From Candidatus Marinacidobacterium sp. (GTDB taxonomy: Bacteria; Acidobacteriota; Vicinamibacteria; Marinacidobacterales; Marinacidobacteraceae): a DNA stretch of 64,000 nucleotides. Positions within the stretch are counted from its first letter, which is position 1. Every line of letters begins with the position of its first letter. Under the pieces are notes generated by a model that was given only the letters and a program-made list of their open reading frames with translations, was not told where the DNA came from and made no database searches. The DNA is taken from the NCBI GenBank assembly GCA_965220965.1, contig OZ244852.1, positions 2,784,001-2,848,000 on the forward strand, given 5' to 3'. Position numbers and translations under genes: made by a program. This document shows positions 10,121 through 19,576 of the stretch, one piece after another.

Positions 10121-10843
10121 TCAGGCGGACTCTTCGGACCGCCGCCGCGCCACGAACTCCGCGAGACTCCCGAAGCGCAGGTCGGGCTCGACGACCCCGG
10201 AGGGCCGCGCCGTCGCTCCGCCTTCGCGCCCGCCGCGGCGGTCGATCCAGGCGGTGCGAAGCCCCATCGCCTTCGCCGGAACGTGGTCGTGGAAGAGGCT
10301 CTGCGCCACATGGAGGATGTCCCCCGGCCCGGCGCCGAAGTCCTTCGCCACCCGCTCGAGCAGGAACTCGAAGTTGCGGCGCGAGGGCTTCCAGTCGCCG
10401 ATCTCCTCGGCGGTGAACACCGCGTCCCACGGATCCCCGAGCCGCGCCGCGCTTCTGCTGTAGCTCTTGTGGTCGCAGTTCGTGAGCGTGATCAGCCGGT
10501 GATGCCGCTTCAGGAAGGCGAGGCCCTCCGCCGCATCCGGGAACGCCGGCCAGTCGCCGACGGAGCCCCCGAAGGCCCGGCTCTCCCGGACGTCCGGCTC
10601 GGCCCCCCACCTCAGCGCCAGCCGGTCGTGGACCACCGCAAGCAGGTCGGAGTAGAGGAGTTCCGGCCGCTCCGCCTGGACCGACGACTCGGTCTCGGCG
10701 AAGGCGGCGAGCGCCGCCTCCGGCCCGACCTGCCCCTCCAGGCGCGCGAGGAGCGGGCCGAGCGCCGCCGCGATGCCGGCCTCCCAGTCGATGAGCGTGC
10801 CGTAGGTGTCGAAGGTGAGAACCTGGAAGTCGCGGATCCGCAC
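10121..10843 (-). CDS. HAD-superfamily hydrolase (haloacid dehalogenase type II-like)
   Basis: 'FDTYGTLIDWE', 'LTNCD', 'WKPS', 'HVAQSLFHDHVPA'; GTG start inferred at 10843. Confidence 0.85.
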   Translation of the reverse strand: MRIRDFQVLTFDTYGTLIDWEAGIAAALGPLLARLEGQVGPEAALAAFAETESSVQAERPELLYSDLLAVVHDRLALRWGAEPDVRESRAFGGSVGDWPAFPDAAEGLAFLKRHHRLITLTNCDHKSYSRSAARLGDPWDAVFTAEEIGDWKPSRRNFEFLLERVAKDFGAGPGDILHVAQSLFHDHVPAKAMGLRTAWIDRRGGREGGATARPSGVVEPDLRFGSLAEFVARRRSEESA

Positions 10844-10857
10844 GGTGGTCAGGGAGG

Positions 10858-12918
10858 CTATCGGCCCGCGTAGAGCCGGCGGACGGCGGCGGCGAGCCGC
10901 GCCGGGAATCCGGCGTCCCCGATCGTGAGGAGCGCGTCGAGCGCGTCCTCGCGGCGGCCCTCGGCCTCCGCCACCCGTCCCAGGTTGTAGCGGACCGCGG
11001 CCTCGTCGACCGGAGCGCCCGGCCCGGTCCGGGCGGCCGCCCGCCGGAACGCCTCGCCCGCGGCCCCGTAGTCCCCGGCCCGGAAGGCCTCGAGCCCCGC
11101 AAACAGCGCCGCCGCCTCCGGCGGCTCGCTCCCGCCGTCCACCCGCCGCCAGATCCACGGTCCCTCGTTGTCCGTCGAATCACCACCCGCTTCAACGAGC
11201 TGGGACACCCGGACGACCGGCATCCGGTGCGCAACGACCGCCGGGCATTCCTCCCGGAAGCCCCCGTCGCCGGAGATCCAGCCCACGCACCCGTCGCCCT
11301 CGGGCGGGCGACGCAGGAAGAGGAATCCGTCCTCTCCCGAAACGACCCCCTCGGCGCGCCCTTCGGACGCCGCCAGCGCCTCGAGCTGGCCGCCGATCCT
11401 CCCGGCGAGGACGACCCGCGTCCCGTCGCCGCGCTCGTACTCCCGCTGGAATCCGACCGTCTCCTCCTCGACCGCGATCCGCGTCCGGGCCCCCGGCACG
11501 GCGCGGACGATCTCCGGGTCGAGCGTCTGCGCCGCGGCGAGGCCCTCCTCGCCGAACCCCGGCCAGGCGGCGGCCAGCAGTCGCACCCGGGCCGCGTCGC
11601 CCGTCCTCAGCTCCGCGGTCAGCGGGAGGAGGCGCCGGGCGTAGGCCGCCGGATCGGCGGCTTCCCGCAGTCCGCCCCGCACCCCGCGGAGCAGCAGGTC
11701 ACCGAGATCCTCCAGCGGCTCGACCCCGGCCTCCAGCGCCGGGAGGGCTTCGAGCAGGCGGGCCGGGTCGTCGGCCAGATTGACGAGCGGCGTCTGGCTG
11801 TCCGGGACCGGTGAGTCTTCGAGGAACCGGAAGAGCGCGGCCAGCGGTCGCGGCGCCCCGTCGAGCGAGAGCCGCCAGACGGAGAGGCCCGACCGCGCCA
11901 CCAGGAACAGTTGCTCTCCGACGCCCGGCGGAGGGTCGAGGTCGCCCGCCGGGAACGGGACGACCGCGCGGCGGACGGAATGCCCGATCGGGCGGCCCTC
12001 GAGGCCCGACCGTCCGGCGGCGGTCCCCGGCTGCGGCCGGAACAGCCCGGCGCCGGTGAGCCCGGCGATCTGCATGAGGACCGGGAGGTCCTCGTCGGCG
12101 GAGGCGGCGAGCAGGTCCACGCTCTGGCCGCGAAGCGCGGCCTGGAGTTCCGAGACGACGCCGCCACAGCCGCCGCAACCGTCGCCGGAGAAATAGAGCA
12201 GCAGCCGCCGCCCCTCGCCGAACGACTGTTCGCTGGACCAGACCCCGCCCTCGACTGCGACCGAAGCCGGCGGAAAGACCTCGTCGAAGGGCGTGACCCC
12301 ATCGGGGAGCCCGGTGCGCCGACCGCTCGCCGCGCGAAACCGGGCCCGGTCGAGCGCCGCCGCGAGCCCGGCCTCGGTCCGGAAGGCCCCGGAGTCGCGC
12401 AGCTCCGACAGGACTTCGTCGCGGGTCGCGCGGTCTTCGGCGGCGTGGGTCCACGCCTCGAGCAGCCAGGCGACCCGGTCTCCCACCGGGATCCCCGGGA
12501 GCCCGGCGAGACGCCGGTAGACCGCGGCGCCCGGAGCGAGTTCCGTCGCGCGGCGGAGTTCCTGTTCCGCCCCGGGCGCATCGCCGGCCGCGGCCAGCGC
12601 CGCCCCCAGCGTGGCGCGGTAGCGCGCCCGTTCGCCCCGGTAGGCCGCCGCCGCCGCCCCGGTGAACTCGTCGAGGACGAGCCCCCCTTCAGGGGCGACC
12701 GAGCTCCACTCCGGCGGCGAGAACTCGCGCGAAGCGGTCAGCGCGCCCCAGGCGGCCTCGACCGCGCCCGGTCCGTCCCCCGCCTCGAGGAGGCGGATTG
12801 CCTCGGCGTGTTCCGCCGCGCCCGGAGGCTGGCCGGCGGCCGCGAGCGGCGCCAGCCAGGCGGCGAGTGAAGCGGCGAGGACGACCGCGGCGCGCGCCCG
12901 CCGTCTTCCGCTCAGCAA
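10858..12918 (-). CDS. Exported TPR-containing protein with thioredoxin-like CxxC segment
   Basis: Signal-like N-terminus after TTG at 12918 (overlaps the upstream stop); TPR-like helices ('YNLGRVAEAEG'); 'LLLYFSGDGCGGC'. Confidence 0.55.
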   Translation of the reverse strand: MLSGRRRARAAVVLAASLAAWLAPLAAAGQPPGAAEHAEAIRLLEAGDGPGAVEAAWGALTASREFSPPEWSSVAPEGGLVLDEFTGAAAAAYRGERARYRATLGAALAAAGDAPGAEQELRRATELAPGAAVYRRLAGLPGIPVGDRVAWLLEAWTHAAEDRATRDEVLSELRDSGAFRTEAGLAAALDRARFRAASGRRTGLPDGVTPFDEVFPPASVAVEGGVWSSEQSFGEGRRLLLYFSGDGCGGCGGVVSELQAALRGQSVDLLAASADEDLPVLMQIAGLTGAGLFRPQPGTAAGRSGLEGRPIGHSVRRAVVPFPAGDLDPPPGVGEQLFLVARSGLSVWRLSLDGAPRPLAALFRFLEDSPVPDSQTPLVNLADDPARLLEALPALEAGVEPLEDLGDLLLRGVRGGLREAADPAAYARRLLPLTAELRTGDAARVRLLAAAWPGFGEEGLAAAQTLDPEIVRAVPGARTRIAVEEETVGFQREYERGDGTRVVLAGRIGGQLEALAASEGRAEGVVSGEDGFLFLRRPPEGDGCVGWISGDGGFREECPAVVAHRMPVVRVSQLVEAGGDSTDNEGPWIWRRVDGGSEPPEAAALFAGLEAFRAGDYGAAGEAFRRAAARTGPGAPVDEAAVRYNLGRVAEAEGRREDALDALLTIGDAGFPARLAAAVRRLYAGR

Positions 12919-14093
12919 ACGGCGGGGAGCCGCCGCAACCGTTCGACAGCCTCCTCGAGCGTCTTCCGGGTCTTGCAGAAGGTGAAGCGGAGCCGCTGCG
13001 CGCCGGCCGCCGGGTCGGCGTAGAAGCTGGATCCCGGCACCGCCGCGACGCCCACCGTCTCGACCAGGTGGCGCGCGAAGTCGGTGTCCGAGCTCCACCC
13101 GAACCCCGAGATGTCGGTCATCACGTAGTAGGCCCCCGCCGGCGGAAAGCACCGGAACCCCGCCTCGGTCAGCCCGGCGATGAGGAGATCCCGCCGCTCC
13201 TGGTAGCCGCTCCGCAGACTCTCGTAGTAGGAGTCCGGCAGCCGGAGCGCGGCGGCGCCGGCCTCCTGGAGCGGGGCCGCCGCCCCGACGGTGAGGAAGT
13301 CGTGGACCTTGCGGATCGCGCCGGTGATCGCTTCCGAAGCCATCGTCCACCCCACCCGCCAGCCGGTCACCGAGTAGGACTTGGAGAGGCCGCTGATCGT
13401 GACCGTCCGGTCCTCCATCCCCGGAAGCGAGGCGATGGGAAGGTGGACGGCCCCGTCGTAGGTGATGTATTCGTAGATCTCGTCGGTGAACACCAGCAGG
13501 TCGCGCTCCACCGCGAGCGCGGCGATCTGCTCCAGCTCGGACCGGGAGAACACCTTGCCGCTCGGGTTCTGCGGCGTGTTCACGATGATCGCCCGGGTCC
13601 GGGGACCGATCGCCGCCCGCAACTCGTCGAGGTCGAGCGAGCCGTCGGGCTCGTGGAGCCGGACGTAGCGCGGCGCGGCGCCCGAGAGCACGGTGTCCGG
13701 GCCGTAGTTCTCGTAGAACGGCTCGAAGACGATGACTTCCTCGCCCGGGTCCACGAGCGCCAGCATCGTCGCGATCATGGCTTCGGTCGAGCCGCAGGTC
13801 ACCGTGATGTGCCGCTCGGGATCGAAGTCGAGGCCGTAGACCTGCCGGTAGCGGTCGGCCAGCGCCTCGCGAAGCGGTTTCGCTCCCCAGGTGATCGCGT
13901 ACTGGTTGATGTCCTTGCGGATGGCCCGGACCGCGGCCTCCTTGATTTCGGGGGGCGCCGGAAAGTCCGGCATCCCCTGCGCCAGGTTGACCCCGCCGCG
14001 CCGCATCGAGAGCCGGGTCATCTCGCGGATGACCGACTCGGTGAACTGCCGGGCCTTCGCGCTCGCCGGCTGACGCGCCGCGAGCGGGCTCAC
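12912..14093 (-). CDS. PLP-dependent aminotransferase class I/II
   Basis: 'NLAQGMPDF', 'NTPQNPSG', 'DEIY', 'SGLSKSYSVTGWRVG'; GTG start at 14093 overlaps the slt-like stop. Confidence 0.92.
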   Translation of the reverse strand: MSPLAARQPASAKARQFTESVIREMTRLSMRRGGVNLAQGMPDFPAPPEIKEAAVRAIRKDINQYAITWGAKPLREALADRYRQVYGLDFDPERHITVTCGSTEAMIATMLALVDPGEEVIVFEPFYENYGPDTVLSGAAPRYVRLHEPDGSLDLDELRAAIGPRTRAIIVNTPQNPSGKVFSRSELEQIAALAVERDLLVFTDEIYEYITYDGAVHLPIASLPGMEDRTVTISGLSKSYSVTGWRVGWTMASEAITGAIRKVHDFLTVGAAAPLQEAGAAALRLPDSYYESLRSGYQERRDLLIAGLTEAGFRCFPPAGAYYVMTDISGFGWSSDTDFARHLVETVGVAAVPGSSFYADPAAGAQRLRFTFCKTRKTLEEAVERLRRLPAVC

Positions 14094-16336
14094 GGAGAGT
14101 CCGGTTCGCCGAGCTCCGGATAGAGCCGGCGGTAGAGCATCTCGTTCCGCATCACCAGCTTCACGTAGTTCCGGGTTTCGGTGAAGGGGATCTCCTCGAT
14201 GAAGAGTTCTTCGGGGACGGTGTAGTCCCGCCCGGTCCAGGCGCGCACCCGGTGCGGACCGGCGTTGTAGCCGGCGAGCGCCAGTTCCGGCCGGTCGGCG
14301 AACTCGTCGAGCAGCTCGCGCAGGTAGCGGGTTCCGAACCGGATGCTCACTGCCGGGTCGTAGAGGCGCGAGGTGCGGAACGTGATGCCCTCGGCGCGGG
14401 CCAGCGCCCGCCCGGTCGCGGGCATGACCTGCATGAGGCCGCGCGCCCCGACGCTGGACCGGGTCCGGGGCACGAACGCCGACTCCTGCCGGATCAGCCC
14501 GGCCACCAGCGGGGGGTCCAGGTTCCAGCGCTCCGACCGGGTCCGGAGTTCCTCTTCGAACCGAAGCGGGTACTGGAGCCGGCGCCACTCGGCGGGGAGG
14601 GCTTCGCCGGCCGCCGAGGTGTGGAAGGGGGCGGCCCGACGGAGCGCCTGGATCGCGGGGACCATCTCCTCATCGTCGGAAAGCAGCCAGCCGTGGACCG
14701 CGTGGAAGGCGGGGTCGTCCGGGAGTCCGGCGCGCGCCGCGCGGGACGCCGCCGCCTGGGCGCGGTCATTCAGTCCGGCGGCGTGGAGCTCCTCGATGCG
14801 GGCGATCGCGGTCGCGCGTTCGATCCGGAAGCGCTCCATCAGGAGTTCCGGCTCGCGAAGCGGGCTCTCCAGCGCGGAAGGCGGCCCGATCTCGGCGAGC
14901 CGCTCGGCGGCGCGCCGCCCGTAGAACGAGTTCTGGTAGCCGAGGAAGATCTCCCGGTAGAGACCGGCGGCCCCCTCCCGGTCTCCGGTCCGCTCCCGGA
15001 CCCGGGCGGCGAAGTAAAGGAACTGGCCCGCCATGAAGGCGCCCGGGTTTTCGCGGGCGGTCTGTTCCAGCTCGGCCCCCAGCCCGTCGAAGTCCTCGTT
15101 CCGATAGCGGTCCCAGAGGACGTGCCAGTTCGCGAACAGGACGTGAGGGCCTCGCCGGTAGGCGTCGGCGAGCCGCTGGAGGAACGGCAGCGCCTCCTCG
15201 CGGTCGTTGTCGGCGAGGCGGCTCCGCGCCAGGCTGTAGAGCGCGCGCTGTCCGAAGGGGTGGTCCGCCTCGAGCGCGAGGAGCTCCTCGAGGATCCGCG
15301 TCTGGGTCGTGATCCGCTCCAGCCGCCGCAGCGACTCGCCCCGGTAGTAGAGCGCCTCGGGCCGCAGGTCCTCGCGCTGGATCCGCCCCAGCGTCCGGAG
15401 CGACGCGCTCAGGCGTCCCCGGTGGAACTCAGAGACGCCGATCCGCAGGCGCACCGCGTCGCGATCCACCGCCGCGCCGAAGCGGCGCAGCGCCTCGAGG
15501 TAATTCTCGTGCGCCTTCCGGTGGTTCCCGGCCCGCGCGAACCCATCCGCCCGCTCGAGCGCCCGCGGCCCTCGCTCGGCCGCGGGCGGCGTCTTCACGT
15601 CGGACCGCCGGTAGAGCCGCGACAGCCGCCGGCCGGCGTCGAGCGAGTCGTCGTGGGTCGGCATCCGGTAGTAGAGCGTCTCCAGCCGGCGCGCCGCCTC
15701 CTCGCGCCGTCCGAGCCGCTCCAGCAGGCCGGCCGCCGCGACGAGCGTCTCGCCCCGCAGCCCGAAGCCGGCCCCCGAGCCGTCGGCCAGCACCGCGTCG
15801 AAGTGCGCGAGCGCCTCGTCGCGATGCTCCCCCTGACGGCCCAGCCGCAACCCCAGATCCCGGTGCGCCTCGGCCCGCCGCGAGTACCCGGGAAAGTCCG
15901 CGAGCAAGCGCTCCAGCGTCCCGATCGCCTCGGTGTCGAGCGCCCGGGGAAGGCTCGCCCCCAGCAGATGCAGCGCATCCGCGGTGAGCGCGCTGCCGGC
16001 GAAGACCTCCGCGGTCAGCCGCGCCCGCGCTTCGGTCCACCGACCCCGCTCGAGGGCGTCCACCCCGAGACGGAAGGAGGCCGCGGCGCGCGCCCGGTCG
16101 GAGCGCTCCGGATCGTCCGCGACCGCCTCGAGCGCCTCGGCTCGGGCGGCGCGATCCTCAAGAGCGGCGGCCCGCACTGCGGCGAGGTCCGGAGCGGGGG
16201 AGGCGAGCCCGCTCCAGGGGAGGGGCGGCGGCTCGGGCGCCCGCGCTCCGCCCCCGAACGACCCGGAGGCCGGCCGGAAGGCGAGGGTCAGGAGCCCGGC
16301 CCCCAGCAGAAGGGCGGCCCGAGAGATCCGTGGCAT
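14090..16336 (-). CDS. Slt-like lytic transglycosylase with TPR repeats
   Basis: SLT motifs 'IRQES', 'GARGLMQVMP', 'AGYNAGP', 'IPFTETRNYVK'. Confidence 0.9.
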   Translation of the reverse strand: MPRISRAALLLGAGLLTLAFRPASGSFGGGARAPEPPPLPWSGLASPAPDLAAVRAAALEDRAARAEALEAVADDPERSDRARAAASFRLGVDALERGRWTEARARLTAEVFAGSALTADALHLLGASLPRALDTEAIGTLERLLADFPGYSRRAEAHRDLGLRLGRQGEHRDEALAHFDAVLADGSGAGFGLRGETLVAAAGLLERLGRREEAARRLETLYYRMPTHDDSLDAGRRLSRLYRRSDVKTPPAAERGPRALERADGFARAGNHRKAHENYLEALRRFGAAVDRDAVRLRIGVSEFHRGRLSASLRTLGRIQREDLRPEALYYRGESLRRLERITTQTRILEELLALEADHPFGQRALYSLARSRLADNDREEALPFLQRLADAYRRGPHVLFANWHVLWDRYRNEDFDGLGAELEQTARENPGAFMAGQFLYFAARVRERTGDREGAAGLYREIFLGYQNSFYGRRAAERLAEIGPPSALESPLREPELLMERFRIERATAIARIEELHAAGLNDRAQAAASRAARAGLPDDPAFHAVHGWLLSDDEEMVPAIQALRRAAPFHTSAAGEALPAEWRRLQYPLRFEEELRTRSERWNLDPPLVAGLIRQESAFVPRTRSSVGARGLMQVMPATGRALARAEGITFRTSRLYDPAVSIRFGTRYLRELLDEFADRPELALAGYNAGPHRVRAWTGRDYTVPEELFIEEIPFTETRNYVKLVMRNEMLYRRLYPELGEPDSP

Positions 16337-16425
16337 CGGGTTACAATGCTAAAGCCTGTGCGCCCGCCGTGATCGAACGGCCGCTCCAGTAGCGTAGTCG
16401 CGCACGAGGTCAATCACTTACAGGA

Positions 16426-16797
16426 GGGGGCGTACTGGGTTCGACGAAGGTACAGGAAGCAGCGACTGCATGCCGGGGGTCCACCTTCCGCAAACGGTGG
16501 AACAAACACAAACGCCAACGATCATCAGCTGGCTCTGGCTGCTTAAGCCACGTCCTTCCCGACCGTGCCTGCCGGGACGGGAAAGGACGACGACCAGGCG
16601 GGCTCGACTGACGGCTCTCCCGAGCCGTCCGTGACACCCAGGGATAGCCGCCGCCCCCCGATTCGCCGGGTTGATGCGGGGTGGTGGCGAACGTGGCCGG
16701 GCGCCTCGGCGCGCCGGCCGAATACAACCCGGCTAAGCATGTAGAGGTCTCTGTGGAAGGCTTTCGGACGCGGGTTCGATTCCCGCCGCCTCCACCA
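16426..16797 (+). ncRNA. ssrA: tmRNA
   Basis: 5' GGGGGCG..GGTTCGAC; 3' GGACGCGGGTTCGATTCCCGCCGCCTCCACCA; tag ORF 16514-16546 encodes ANDHQLALAA*. Confidence 0.97.
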
Positions 16798-16859
16798 GTT
16801 CCCCCGCGAGTTCTCGCGGCCCGGACCCCTTTCCGAGGCTCTTCCGGCCGGAATCTCCT

Positions 16860-17753
16860 GTGACTTTCGGGCGTTCGCTCGGCCGCGGCGCCAAGCAGGC
16901 TCTTGCCGGCGCGGCGCTGAACAGATTCCTGCTGCAGAAATACGGGCGAACCTGGGACGATGCTCCGATACCGGGGGTTGGCCTCAAGGATCTGGATGGC
17001 CGCGCCTTCGAGGAGTTTCGCCAGCGCGGCGCGAAGAGTCAGCGACTGCCGACGGACATTCTGAGCGAGCCCGACGATGGGGTCATCGAGAGGCTCCAGT
17101 TGCGCGAGGCTGCGCTCCTGAAGCGGGCCGCAGTGCTGCTCTTTCATCCCGCGCCGCATCGGGTCGTGATGGAGGCCTGCGTCAAGATCGGCTATTTCCG
17201 TGGATCCGAGTTGCTGTTTCAGGACGTGGTCGAAGGCGACCTGTTCACGCAGGTCGACCGGGCCATGGACCTGCTGTTCACGAAGTACACGCGAGCGCTG
17301 GTTTCGTACGACGGCGTGTACCGCGTCGAGAATGTACCGGTGCCGCGCGCCGCCATGCGCGAGGCGATCATCAATGCGGTCATTCATCGGGATTACGCCA
17401 GCGCAACCACGATTCAGATCCGCGTCCACGACGACCGGATCGCCATCTGGAATGCTGTGCAGTTGCCCTCCGACTGGATTGCGGATCAGCGCGCCGGGAA
17501 ACTGTCGTCAAGGCCCCACAACCCCCGGATCGCCTACGCCTTTTTCCGGGCCGGGATGATCGAAGCGTGGGGACGTGGCGTCCAGCGCATCGCGGACCTG
17601 TGTCTGGAGGCTGGCAACCCGCGGCCAGAGTGGGAGCTCCAGTCCGGTGGCGACGGACTCTGGCTGCGATTTCCGTTTTCGGCGACCTACCGGTCCGCCG
17701 ATCCGGCGGCGCATGGCGCGGAGGACAGCGGCGGCGCGCCGGTTCCGAACTAG
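16860..17753 (+). pseudogene. Truncated AlbA_2(Schlafen)/RecG-C-type ATP-binding protein
   Basis: 'AMREAIINAVIHRDY', 'SRPHNPRIAYAFFRAGMIEAWGRG'. Starts at the tail of where AlbA_2 should be and lacks the C-terminal HTH seen in the paralogue at 42649. Confidence 0.65.
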
Positions 17754-18376
17754 AGATCCACGAACGGCAGCGCGCTGACGCCCTCGCCGAGCGTCTCAGG
17801 TCGATTCTGTGCATTTGGATTGCACAATTTCCACTTGCGGCAGGTCGGACGGCGCCGAACCCGCCTGGAGCCCCCGCGGGGCCCCGGACGCCGATCCCCG
17901 ACCGAGGATCAGCGGCGGAGAACCGCCAGCGGACTACCCGGAGCGCCAGTTCTGCAGCGCCGCGTCCAGCCCCTCGACCAGCGGCTGGATGTCGCTGTCT
18001 TCGCGCTCGAACTCCAGTCGGCCGACCAGGCGACAGATCTCCGATGGCTCCCGGCCGACCCCCTGCGACAAGGCAGGCAGCTCCTCCCGCTCCGTCCGGC
18101 GCCGGCCTCGGGGGGCTGGTAGACTGCGGAACCGGTGGCGACCGATCGTCTGGACGGAACCCGGGTTCTTACCCGTTCCTCCAACCCTCCCTGTGTTCCG
18201 CGGCTTGCCCCCCCGCGCCACCGTCACGAGGCCGCCGCCGTCCTCGCCGCTGAGGACAACAGCGACGCCCGGAGGCCAGCCGGCCTCGACGGCGTCCTGA
18301 TCCCACCCCCTTTCCTACGCCCTTCCTGACCGGCGTTCCGCAGGTCAATTCCTTTTCAATACGGGAGATCGTCCCC

Positions 18377-19576
18377 ATGAAGAACAACCGCAGAAGCTTC
18401 TTCGGGTCCCTGGCGGGGCTCGGAGCGGCGGCGGCGGCGCCTCGCTCGCTGTTCGCCCAGTCCGGCGGAGGGGGCAGCGAACCCGTCCCCGTCGTCCACC
18501 CCGACCTGAACACGCTCAAGCCGCGGCGGGTCAACGAAGACGGGGTCAACAAGGAGTTCCACATCATCTGCGAGCCGGTCAAGCGCGAATTCGTGCCCGG
18601 CCGCACGATCGACTGCTGGGGCTTCAACGGGACCTGCCCCGGTCCGACGATCGAGGTCACCCAGGGAGACCGGGTGCGGCTCGTCGTCGAAAACCGGCTG
18701 CCGGAAGCCTTCTCGATGCACTGGCACGGCTTCGAGATCCCGATCGACATGGACGGCGTGCCCGGAGTCACCCAGGACCCGATCCCGCCGGGCGGGACGT
18801 TCGTCTACGAGTTCGACCTCCATCAGCACGGCACGTTCTTCTACCACTCCCACTTCCCGATGCAGGAGCTGATGGGCATGATCGGCCTGTTCATCATGCA
18901 TCCCAAGGAGGCCTACCGGCCGACCGTGGACCGGGACTACGGGATGATCCTCCAGACGTGGGACCTCAAGCCGAACGCCACGATCCCGGCCACCCTCGGG
19001 ATGAACTTCAACTGGCTCACGATCAACGGGCGGGCCGGACCGCATACGACCCCGCTGCTCGCCAAGCTGGGTGAGCGCGTGCGGTTGCGGATGGTCAACC
19101 TCAGCTCGATGCACCATCCGATCCACCTCCACGGCTTCACCTTCCAGACGGTGGGCACCGAGGGTGGACGGATGCCGGAGTCCACCTGGGAACCGGGCAA
19201 CACCGTCCTCGTGGGCGTCGCGCAGGCGCGGGACGTCGAGTTCAAGGCGGAGTACCCCGGCGACTGGATGATCCACTGCCACCTGCCGCACCACATGATG
19301 AACCAGATGGTCGCGCTCGTGGGGCCGCGTCACATGGCCCACATGGAGCACGGTGGCGGCCAGATGGATGCCGCTGCGGCCATGGAGGTGCCCGGGTTCC
19401 GTCAGGACATGTTCATGCCCATGGACGAAGCGGTTGCGAAGCCCGAGACCCGCGGCATGCGGCCGACCTGGTCGGCGGGCATCATGGGCATGATGAGCGT
19501 GGTTCGGGTTCTGGACGAGGCGACCTTCGACTCGATCCAGGCCGAGATCGCCGCCGGCGGCGGAGGAGACGCGTGA
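18377..19576 (+). CDS. Tat-exported two-domain multicopper oxidase
   Basis: 'NRRSFFG' Tat motif; HWH, YHSH, HPIHLHG, HCHLPHHM; Met/His-rich tail. Confidence 0.92.
   Translation: MKNNRRSFFGSLAGLGAAAAAPRSLFAQSGGGGSEPVPVVHPDLNTLKPRRVNEDGVNKEFHIICEPVKREFVPGRTIDCWGFNGTCPGPTIEVTQGDRVRLVVENRLPEAFSMHWHGFEIPIDMDGVPGVTQDPIPPGGTFVYEFDLHQHGTFFYHSHFPMQELMGMIGLFIMHPKEAYRPTVDRDYGMILQTWDLKPNATIPATLGMNFNWLTINGRAGPHTTPLLAKLGERVRLRMVNLSSMHHPIHLHGFTFQTVGTEGGRMPESTWEPGNTVLVGVAQARDVEFKAEYPGDWMIHCHLPHHMMNQMVALVGPRHMAHMEHGGGQMDAAAAMEVPGFRQDMFMPMDEAVAKPETRGMRPTWSAGIMGMMSVVRVLDEATFDSIQAEIAAGGGGDA

Noticed and set aside
16770-16797. att-site duplicate of the ssrA or tRNA 3' ends marking an intact island
   Set aside because: No second copy seen by eye and no integrase in the window.
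17934-18329. Small ORFs upstream of the copper oxidase
   Set aside because: No RBS, motif or consistent frame that I can support.
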